From positions 1-8,325 of the IMG/VR virus record IMGVR_UViG_2609460221_000006: a stretch of 8,325 nt of DNA; one strand, written 5' to 3'. Shown in pieces: positions 1-5,584 of this stretch. The stretch is from a virus (taxonomy: Duplodnaviria > Heunggongvirae > Uroviricota > Caudoviricetes). The first letter of the stretch is position 1, and each line of letters begins with the position of its first letter. The notes below the pieces were generated by a model, which was given only the letters and a program-made list of their open reading frames with translations, was not told the origin of the DNA and did no database searches. A program made the translations under genes and the position numbers.

Positions 1-907
1 GTGCATCATCTAACGGGATTTCATCGGTCATAATGGCAGATTGCGCTTCGCGTGATTGCTTAAGCCACCATTTAATGGTGTCCCGATCAATGACTCCGCC
101 AGCAGTTTCCAGATCGATAGTCTTACTAAATTCCGGTCCCATATCTCCGGTTTGCGGATCGAAAAATATTGCACCTATTGAGATAATCGGGGCATCTGGA
201 TTTTTTCCCATGGTTTCAAGGTCGATCATTAGATGGTCACACGTCCCGCTGGTGGATGTGCCTTTATGATGACCGTTCACCTTAACTGAGTGATCTGTCG
301 CCTCGCCAGTTTCACTATCGCTATCGTGATGCTGATTGCCGCCAGGGTTCTCCTTGTGTGGATGTTCAGTGCCTTCCATTTCCTCCGGATCATTTTCCTG
401 AACTTCAACCTGATTCTCTTCATTGAATGTTTCCTGGTATGTTGCGTCGCCCATCACCGCGCCACAATCAGGGCAGTTGCCGCCGCCGGTCTGACCGCAG
501 GCGGTGCAGATCTTTTCCGGTTCCTGTTGCACTACTGGTTCAGGTTGTTTCGTTTCTGGCTCGTTTTGTAACGCATTTGGGCTGTTTTGTTCCGCTTTCT
601 GGCCGTTCTGTTCCGTTTCTTGCTGGTTCTGGTTCACAGAATCGCGGGTTTCCATCCCCTTGACCCATTTCGGATCATTCGGGTCGCTAATCCCTGCAAC
701 AAATTCTCCGCGAGAGGCCGCAAGCAACTTATCGGCGTCAGGCTGGCTGATATTGGCTGCCTGCATAATTTTGTTTACTTCGTCAGCGGTAACTTTTACC
801 TGATTAACCGGATCTATCTGTGCCTGAGTATCCAGCGATTGCGTGTCCTGGCGATGTTCAGTTGTATTCGGCTCCATTGCTTCAGTCGTTGCCTGTTCAT
901 CTGCCAT
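1..907 (-). CDS. recE: RecE-family exonuclease VIII, downstream portion (partial, runs off the window; separated from the N-terminal ORF by a frameshift)
   Basis: Minus-strand frame open from ATG 907 to position 1, translating [30 protein letters not shown]...[30 protein letters not shown]...[16 protein letters not shown]... The [10 protein letters not shown] / [13 protein letters not shown] blocks match what I recall of the middle of E. coli RecE. The same frame is open upstream across the stop of the 936-2144 ORF. Confidence 0.6.
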   Translation of the reverse strand, partial: MADEQATTEAMEPNTTEHRQDTQSLDTQAQIDPVNQVKVTADEVNKIMQAANISQPDADKLLAASRGEFVAGISDPNDPKWVKGMETRDSVNQNQQETEQNGQKAEQNSPNALQNEPETKQPEPVVQQEPEKICTACGQTGGGNCPDCGAVMGDATYQETFNEENQVEVQENDPEEMEGTEHPHKENPGGNQHHDSDSETGEATDHSVKVNGHHKGTSTSGTCDHLMIDLETMGKNPDAPIISIGAIFFDPQTGDMGPEFSKTIDLETAGGVIDRDTIKWWLKQSREAQSAIMTDEIPLDDA

Positions 908-935
908 TGCGTCAGACGGTTGTGATTTTTCCTCA

Positions 936-2144
936 TTAATTTTTTTCTTCTTCTGTTTCGCGTTCAGCAGCCAGTTCGCGGTTAACTTCTTCCAGGATAT
1001 CTTTTTCCGGTGTATGTCGTGCAGCAGCGAGAGTTTCCTCGGTAGGGTTCTCGTGATCAGTTTCCGTCAAATAGGCGTTGATATACCCCTGAAGGCGTCC
1101 CGGGTAGTGATAAAATTCAGGGTGTGCGCTTCGGATAAGTGCAAAAATAGCGGCGCGGGAATAATCCAGGATACCCGGGATTGCGCGAAGTGCTGCGGAC
1201 CATTCTTTGAACGGACTTTCTTTCTTCCGGACGACTTCTTTTGCGCGACGATAAACGCTGCCCGGAATTTCATAAATATTAAAATCCATCGGAAGTGTGG
1301 CCGCTGCAATCTCCACATCCAGCGTATCGAAGGTGTGTACTAAATTCGGATTGCGATCGGTTTTGTTCCCTCCACCGGCATTAGCACCGGAAGCCGTGCG
1401 GGTGATGCGTGAAACACGATTTCCTTTCATCCACTCTTTTGTCAGCAGACCGCGATCGGTGTAGTCAGCGCCCAGGTATGCTTCGAAAAAAGCAGTCATC
1501 AGTCCCAGGTCTGAATTACCAGGATTAGGGAAAACTTTGTCCGTGTCACGAACCAGTTTGTGGAGATCGCGAATTTCCAGCGGTTCGAGTTGCGCTGCTT
1601 TATTTGAGATGGCCAGCGCGGTAACGGCGGGAAGTTTTTCATCCTGTGCGTTATGTAATGTGCGCAGTTCGTCCCGCGAAACGTGTGTGATCGGTTTTTC
1701 GCTGCCGTGCTGTGCCAGCCATCGAACAGGCAGAATCTGACCTGAAACCGGCAGGAGCATGTTCTCCTCAATCTCAGCCATGTCTTCGCCGTTGACGTTG
1801 GTATTGTCAGTGCTGGCTGGTTTATCCTGAACAGAGGGCGAGGGCGCGATAAGTACCATTGTGATACCATCTTCACCGCCCTTTTCGTATCGGTTGCAGA
1901 ATTCGGTATCAAACACGCCTTCCGGAGGAAGGTCATTCACAACGGGTAAATGGACGCGAACAGGTTTTTTAAAATCCTCTTTGTCAAATCCGGCATCGTC
2001 CATTGCGACAACACCGCGTGATATTGCAACCGATAATTTTTTTGCTGTGCGCCAGTAAAAACCGCCTTTAATTCCAAGACGTTTTCTGATTTTGTCATTT
2101 TTGGCTTCGTAATATAGTGCAATTTCTTCTTTATCAGTGCTCAT
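936..2144 (-). CDS. recE: RecE-family exonuclease VIII, N-terminal 402 aa (ends at TAA 936-938, probably prematurely)
   Basis: 402-aa ORF with blocks [111 protein letters not shown], recalled as the RecE N-terminal region. GAGG Shine-Dalgarno 8 nt upstream of ATG 2144. Confidence 0.8.
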   Translation of the reverse strand: MSTDKEEIALYYEAKNDKIRKRLGIKGGFYWRTAKKLSVAISRGVVAMDDAGFDKEDFKKPVRVHLPVVNDLPPEGVFDTEFCNRYEKGGEDGITMVLIAPSPSVQDKPASTDNTNVNGEDMAEIEENMLLPVSGQILPVRWLAQHGSEKPITHVSRDELRTLHNAQDEKLPAVTALAISNKAAQLEPLEIRDLHKLVRDTDKVFPNPGNSDLGLMTAFFEAYLGADYTDRGLLTKEWMKGNRVSRITRTASGANAGGGNKTDRNPNLVHTFDTLDVEIAAATLPMDFNIYEIPGSVYRRAKEVVRKKESPFKEWSAALRAIPGILDYSRAAIFALIRSAHPEFYHYPGRLQGYINAYLTETDHENPTEETLAAARHTPEKDILEEVNRELAAERETEEEKN

Positions 2145-2221
2145 TGATAAACCTCATTACAGATTTAAGGGTGAACAAATCCCTGCCATTGCTGGCATAT
2201 AAAAATGAAACCGGATATTAA

Positions 2222-2425
2222 TTACGGTGCTGTTTTAAGCCCCGCCGGGATTTCGTTATTGTCCATGTGAATAACTTTATCGACCGGATAACAGTTGCCG
2301 GGAATTTTCTGTTCCGCTGCGGCAGCCATGCATTCTTTCATTGAGTTGTACATGCCGGTGATTGCATCAAGCGACTCACCAGTATTGAGATGTACAGTCA
2401 GAATGAGTACGAATAATGTGTTCAT
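2222..2425 (-). CDS. Small hydrophobic protein, 67 aa, YdfD-like by position (tentative)
   Basis: ATG at 2425 overlaps the dicB stop (ATGA coupling); GGAGA Shine-Dalgarno upstream. N-terminal hydrophobic segment MNTLFVLILTVHL. Its position directly after dicB corresponds to ydfD in the Qin dicB operon; sequence identity to YdfD is not verified. Confidence 0.5.
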   Translation of the reverse strand: MNTLFVLILTVHLNTGESLDAITGMYNSMKECMAAAAEQKIPGNCYPVDKVIHMDNNEIPAGLKTAP

Positions 2426-2610
2426 CGCCACTCTCCGAAAATACCGAGTTTAAGAAGGGCAATTCTGGAGAGTATGGAATTGTCATTCAGCAGGTAGGGT
2501 TCATATTTTCTCATATTGATTGCATCCTCGGTGAAATCCCTGTTACTGAGCAGAACACCAATATTAAAGCACCCGTCAGACGTATTAACGTTTGGTAGTG
2601 ACGTTTCCAT
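2422..2610 (-). CDS. dicB: Cell-division inhibitor DicB homologue, 62 aa
   Basis: Translation METSLPNVNTSDGCFNIGVLLSNRDFTEDAINMRKYEPYLL... matches the recalled DicB signature (LPNVNTSEGCFEIGV...FTEDAINKRK) at the same 62-aa length. GAGGA Shine-Dalgarno 7 nt upstream of ATG 2610; lies just downstream of DicF as in Qin. The ORF track's longer 97-aa version (to 2715) has no support for its N-terminal extension. Confidence 0.8.
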   Translation of the reverse strand: METSLPNVNTSDGCFNIGVLLSNRDFTEDAINMRKYEPYLLNDNSILSRIALLKLGIFGEWR

Positions 2611-2779
2611 TATCGCGTCCTCAACAATGAATTTTGTGATGCGGTGCCTGGTGCCTCCAGGTGACGTTAACCAGTTAACAATTAACGCCGGATACAGAGA
2701 ATCCACCCATAACACTGTTTTTGGTTTTAACTGTTCCGCGTGCGCTCAGCCGCATTCACCACATCACAAAATTCACTTT

Positions 2780-2822
2780 AAAAAGGGCGGCAGAGCAGTC
2801 ACGGAGTAAAACTGATACCGCC
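2780..2822 (-). terminator. Intrinsic terminator hairpin forming the 3' end of DicF
   Basis: Minus strand GGCGGTATCAG...CTGCTCTGCCGCC stem-loop followed by a run of 5 U (plus-strand A 2780-2784). Probably leaky, since dicB lies downstream in the same operon. Confidence 0.6.
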
Positions 2823-2837
2823 AAAAGTCACCAGAAA
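2785..2837 (-). ncRNA. dicF: DicF small RNA (Hfq-dependent ftsZ-targeting sRNA processed from the dicB operon transcript)
   Basis: Minus-strand sequence TTTCTGGTGACTTTTGGCGGTATCAGTTTTACTCCGTGACTGCTCTGCCGCCC followed by TTTTT, matching the 53-nt DicF as I recall it apart from one possible substitution. Ends in a GGCGG...CCGCC hairpin plus U-tract. The 5' end is processed, so it is approximate. Confidence 0.85.
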
Positions 2838-3172
2838 ATTGATAACAGAGGGCGTTGCAGCGGAGTTGTCACTTAAGCGTATGGTCAACCTGACAACCCG
2901 GTGTCCTCAACGGGGGAAGGAATAACCCCGCCATACTTACCGCCGCGCCATTTCGCGGATTGCCACAACCGGAAGCGCACGGTCGACGAAAATTTAACGA
3001 CAGGCTATCTATGAACCAGCTACCTCGCCGTGCGCTTTCGCGTTATGGTCTGACTTTTCAGGGAAATATCCTTTCAGTAAACTGTCAGTGCCGGATGCTC
3101 ACCCGTGTCCGGCGCACGCACTCCACCTCACCCGTGGAGAACTCCTTAATCACCAACCCTCAGGAGGGTGAA

Positions 3173-3448
3173 ATGTCGACTGAAAATGATGAAATCATTA
3201 ACTCCCTGATACGCCAGATTAATAATTTTGATAAAGCATTGCAACATGCTGCGGCGCGTAGTGATATAACTCTTTTAGCAATTTCATTTCTTGCATCTGT
3301 TATGGATAAAAATGAAGTCGTACGACAGAGTCTTGTTGATTATATCGACTCGCTTCAACCCGGCACTTTCAATCATGAGAGCTTCAATCATGAGAAAGAG
3401 CATGTTAAGTCTGTAATTAATTCTCTTATTTTGAATCAAAAGAATTAA
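3173..3448 (+). CDS. Hypothetical protein, 91 aa, in an AT-rich island (unknown function)
   Basis: Strong Shine-Dalgarno CAGGAGGGTGAA directly before ATG 3173. The in-frame upstream part of the ORF-track call (2960-3172) is GC-rich with no RBS and is rejected. Base composition drops sharply at 3173. Predicted mildly acidic and helical, with an FNHES-FNHE tandem repeat; no motif I recognise. Confidence 0.6.
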   Translation: MSTENDEIINSLIRQINNFDKALQHAAARSDITLLAISFLASVMDKNEVVRQSLVDYIDSLQPGTFNHESFNHEKEHVKSVINSLILNQKN

Positions 3449-3746
3449 TGCTTTTTGTTGCAAAGTAATTTTCAAGGGGTTCTATTCGAATCCCTTTCTT
3501 TTTCATTAACAAGCCAAACCCCTTATCAATGATGTCCATTAGATCCAGGAAGTATTTTTCATGTAAATCCTGGTTATCAGAGAGCTGCTTCTCTTCGTAC
3601 AGCCCGATAAAGGCTCGGCGTACGTTACCGGATATATTGTCGATGGTTTCTTTTTCTACGGTACTCAGGTCAAGAGTCGCCAGTTGAGAGCGAACCACAT
3701 TCGATGCCATTTCCTGGAATGGTACTGGTAAATCTTTAAATTCCAT
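3426..3746 (-). CDS. Hypothetical protein, 106 aa, in the AT-rich island (unknown function)
   Basis: ATG 3746 is preceded by GAGGT at good spacing. An alternative ATG at 3758 overlaps the upstream gene's stop (TGATG) and gives 110 aa. Co-oriented with the dicB operon, convergent with 3173-3448 and overlapping its 3' end by 23 bp. Acidic, helical, no recognisable catalytic motif. Confidence 0.6.
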   Translation of the reverse strand: MEFKDLPVPFQEMASNVVRSQLATLDLSTVEKETIDNISGNVRRAFIGLYEEKQLSDNQDLHEKYFLDLMDIIDKGFGLLMKKKGIRIEPLENYFATKSINSFDSK

Positions 3747-3757
3747 CGTCAACCTCA

Positions 3758-3910
3758 TCAGTCAGTGTTTCTGGTTAACCAGCGACGCGCGCCAGCTTCA
3801 GTTTTAAACGTTTTGCTTCTGGTATATGTCATCGCGGTAAACGTGCCGTCCTGGTTGGGAAACACGCCGCATACCAGAGATTCGTTGTTGCCAAGCTCGA
3901 TAGTATCCAT
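3758..3910 (-). CDS. Small protein, 50 aa, YdfA-like (DUF1391-like, tentative); first gene of the leftward operon
   Basis: ATG 3910 has a GAGGT Shine-Dalgarno 5 nt upstream. The longest ORF starts at 3991 (77 aa) but with a weaker RBS. Product MDTIELGNNESLVCGVFPNQDGTFTAMTYTRSKTFKTEAGARRWL resembles, from memory, the ~51-aa YdfA that heads the Qin dicB operon. Confidence 0.5.
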   Translation of the reverse strand: MDTIELGNNESLVCGVFPNQDGTFTAMTYTRSKTFKTEAGARRWLTRNTD

Positions 3911-4091
3911 GCTGACCTCATTTCCCCTTAACGCCGGGGTAGCGGAACAAAAACCTGCTGCATAGTTATTAAAGTTGAACCCTGCCGTCATGTTCTTACG
4001 CCTCGGGCTGGCTACTTAACCCCTGACCACTGCCGGGTAACTCGAAGTATTGCCTGGCGTTCTGTGGGGCGGGGTGGGTTGATGAATGAAC

Positions 4092-4131
4092 AATACCACT
4101 ACTATTTAATTATGTAAATAGCAGTGCTATT
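4092..4131. promoter_or_regulatory. Leftward (PL-like) operator region: two copies of a 16-bp AAATAG-N4-G(C/G)TATT site in opposite orientations
   Basis: 4116-4131 is AAATAGCAGTGCTATT on the plus strand; 4092-4107 reads AAATAGTAGTGGTATT on the minus strand. Together they form a 30-bp near-palindrome (4097-4126). The same motif occurs twice in the repressor/cro intergenic region. Lies upstream of the leftward operon, with TTTACA / TATTGT-like hexamers nearby on the minus strand. Confidence 0.45.
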
Positions 4132-4142
4132 ATCGTGGCAAG

Positions 4143-4164
4143 AAAAAAAACCACCCGAAGGTGG
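4143..4164 (-). terminator. Rho-independent terminator ending the paaR2-paaA2-parE2 operon
   Basis: Minus strand CCACC-TTCG-GGTGG hairpin immediately followed by 8 U (plus-strand A 4143-4150), 17 nt downstream of the parE stop. Confidence 0.7.
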
Positions 4165-4180
4165 TTGTTGACAGGAAGGA

Positions 4181-4471
4181 TTAACAGGTTTTGTTTGGAT
4201 ACTGTCTTCGTGAGTGAACTACATTTACGATCTCGATGTTAGATGCTGTTACTCGGTAAAGTATTATGTAGTTAGGATGAGTCACTATCTCACGAAGACT
4301 TGGAACTCTTTCGCTCGGTGGGTACAGATAAGGGTGTTCAGTAAGTGACAAAACTGATGTTTCAATGCGTATTTTTAGTCTACGTGCAGCGGGAGGGTTT
4401 TCCTTAGCAATATAGGCTACGATCTGACGTAAATCATCACGTGCAGAAGGTAGCCATAAAATGGGCAGCAT
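4181..4471 (-). CDS. parE2: ParE/RelE-family type II toxin, 96 aa (ParE2-like)
   Basis: Translation MLPILWLPSARDDLRQIVAYIAKENPPAARRL...REIVTHPNYIILYRV...IEIVNVVHSRR shows the ParE/RelE pattern. Start overlaps the stop of the upstream antitoxin ORF, a typical toxin-antitoxin arrangement. Confidence 0.85.
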   Translation of the reverse strand: MLPILWLPSARDDLRQIVAYIAKENPPAARRLKIRIETSVLSLTEHPYLYPPSERVPSLREIVTHPNYIILYRVTASNIEIVNVVHSRRQYPNKTC

Positions 4472-4662
4472 TACTCACTCCTGTTCGTTGCAGCTAATTG
4501 AGCAATAAGGTTTTCCATTTCAGCCATTACTTCGTCATGTGGAATTGCAGGACGGGGATCTGAGAGGCTTGCTGCCACTTTGGTTCGCAACCATTCGTTA
4601 TAGCTGTTTTCTTGTTCGACTGTTTCAAATTCAGAAATTATCGGGGAAAGGGCTGTACTCAT
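4471..4662 (-). CDS. paaA2: Small antitoxin, 63 aa (PaaA2-like), partner of ParE2
   Basis: 63-aa acidic ORF immediately upstream of, and coupled to, the ParE gene. GAGGAGG Shine-Dalgarno 7 nt before ATG 4662. Size and context fit the PaaA2 antitoxin of the paaR2-paaA2-parE2 module described in E. coli O157:H7 prophages; the name is by synteny and recall. Confidence 0.7.
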   Translation of the reverse strand: MSTALSPIISEFETVEQENSYNEWLRTKVAASLSDPRPAIPHDEVMAEMENLIAQLAATNRSE

Positions 4663-4679
4663 GTTTTTACCTCCTCAGA

Positions 4680-5181
4680 TTAGGCGCGACGACCCTTTTG
4701 CGCAGCTAGCCATCGCGCAACGATTTCTTCAATTGATTCTTTTTTCTCCTTCATTTCCTTAAGCATTTTCTCTTTATCTTCTTTGGGGAAAGCCCTGAAC
4801 GTCTGGAGCAAATCCCGCTCCATGGGGTCTATATTAAACGGAAGTTCGTTTTCCGATTGTTCCATATCTGCAGATATAGTGACAACATTGTCCTCCCCAG
4901 ATTCTTGGGGATACATCCTTACAATTTGTAACAACTCGGCCATATCTGGTCTGATTGACTCGGGAGGAACTTGCAGCAACCCTGCGAACTTGATAACAGC
5001 CTCAAGATTTAAAGGTGTCTGACCATTTAGATAATGGCTTACAGCTCCCTGTGTCGAAAATCCCAGAATTTCTGCCGCACGCTCTTGGGTTAACCCTAGT
5101 TGAATTTTTTTTCGCCGTCCAGATTTCTTTCAGTCTCTGGGCGGCTTGCAGGTCGATCTCTGACAGGGATTTTCTTTTCAT
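4680..5181 (-). pseudogene. paaR2: Lambda cI-like HTH repressor (PaaR2-like), reading frame broken in an A8 run
   Basis: ATG 5181 with GAAGG Shine-Dalgarno gives MKRKSLSEIDLQAAQRLKEIWTAKK, then the frame is lost in the A8 run (plus-strand T 5105-5112). The -1 frame continues (KK)IQLGLTQERAAEILGFSTQGAVSHYLNGQTPLNLEAVIKFAGLLQVPPESIRPDM... to TAA 4680. The joined N-terminus closely resembles the lambda CI N-terminal domain ([27 protein letters not shown]...). The intact-frame tail is the 4680-4979 ORF in the track. Confidence 0.75.
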
Positions 5182-5288
5182 ACCTTCAATTCTAATAAGA
5201 TTATTAATCTCTTTGAAATAGTGATGCTATTTACTTTTAAAAATAACAATGCTATTAATGATCGTGATGACATCACATGAGGTGAACA
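5182..5288. promoter_or_regulatory. Divergent promoter/operator region between the cI-like and cro-like genes (PRM/PR analogue)
   Basis: Two direct copies of the 16-bp motif, AAATAGTGATGCTATT (5216-5231) and AAATAACAATGCTATT (5241-5256), 25 bp centre to centre. A 13-bp perfect palindrome GTGATGACATCAC (5264-5276) and TAATAA-GA-TTATTA (5193-5206). Candidate rightward promoter TTTACT-N17-TATTAA. GAGGTG Shine-Dalgarno before ATG 5289. Confidence 0.55.
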
Positions 5289-5564
5289 ATGAATCTTGGA
5301 GAATATTTGCATCATTCCGGTATAACTCAGAAGCATTTTGCTGAAATTGTTGGGGTAACCCAAGGGATGGTAAGCCATGTCATTACCGGACGGGCGAAAC
5401 TTACGGGGAAAAAAATTTTACGCTGGTGCGAAGCAACAGGCTGGATAGTAACTCCGCACGAGATTGATGGCAGTACTTATCCCAACCCAACCGACGGCTT
5501 ACCTGTCGAGTATCAGGCTAACACACAACCAGAGGCGGGGGTGATTCATGAAAATCAAGCATGA
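5289..5564 (+). CDS. ydaS: Cro-like HTH DNA-binding protein, 91 aa (YdaS-like)
   Basis: HTH segment ITQKHFAEIVGVTQGMVSHVITG. Divergent from the cI-like gene across an operator-rich spacer; Shine-Dalgarno GAGGTG at 5279-5284. Confidence 0.8.
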   Translation: MNLGEYLHHSGITQKHFAEIVGVTQGMVSHVITGRAKLTGKKILRWCEATGWIVTPHEIDGSTYPNPTDGLPVEYQANTQPEAGVIHENQA

Positions 5565-5584
5565 ACACATCCGCATGGCAATGA

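Noticed and set aside
150-230. DEDD-type exonuclease-like motif ([25 protein letters not shown]) in the downstream RecE portion
   Set aside because: It resembles the Exo I motif of DnaQ-like 3'-5' exonucleases, but this point corresponds to the start of the RecE C-terminal nuclease region, which I recall as lambda-exonuclease-like. A profile search is needed, and the later motifs lie outside the window.
33-1343. Plus-strand ORFs 33-269, 290-571, 427-663, 504-803, 587-925 and 843-1343
   Set aside because: All are antisense to the RecE-family coding sequence, whose minus-strand translation carries clear family blocks. They have no RBS and low-complexity, Cys/Phe-rich translations typical of shadow ORFs.
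1067-2122. Nested ORFs inside the recE N-terminal ORF (1067-1318, 1499-1936, 1937-2122 minus; 1537-1740, 1861-2058 plus)
   Set aside because: They are alternative frames or the antisense strand of a confidently assigned coding region.
2666-2687. Three TTAAC copies (GTTAAC-CA-GTTAAC-AA-TTAACG) between DicF and dicB
   Set aside because: Short, low-complexity and possibly chance (two HpaI sites). No partner motif elsewhere in the window, so not reported as a regulatory site.
2416-2809. Plus-strand ORFs 2416-2598 and 2516-2809, and the 97-aa extended minus ORF to 2715
   Set aside because: The plus-strand ORFs are antisense to dicB and DicF. The extended minus ORF adds 35 residues upstream of the RBS-supported ATG 2610, with no support.
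2960-3172. N-terminal extension of the 162-aa ORF call (start at 2960 or ATG 3011)
   Set aside because: No Shine-Dalgarno, GC-rich unlike the AT-rich body of the gene, and a strong GGAGG RBS sits directly before ATG 3173. The extension is an open frame crossing hairpin-rich non-coding sequence.
3284-3965. ORFs 3284-3475 (minus) and 3765-3965 (plus)
   Set aside because: Both overlap better-supported genes on the opposite strand or in another frame, and neither has an RBS.
4168-4173. Perfect TTGACA hexamer on the plus strand just after the terminator hairpin
   Set aside because: No acceptable -10 element at 16-18 bp spacing, and it would drive antisense transcription into parE. Likely coincidental.
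4783-5378. Plus-strand ORFs 4783-5022 and 5015-5221, and minus ORF 5178-5378
   Set aside because: They are antisense to the cI-like gene or to the cro-like gene and operator region. The sense-strand genes carry clear HTH motifs.
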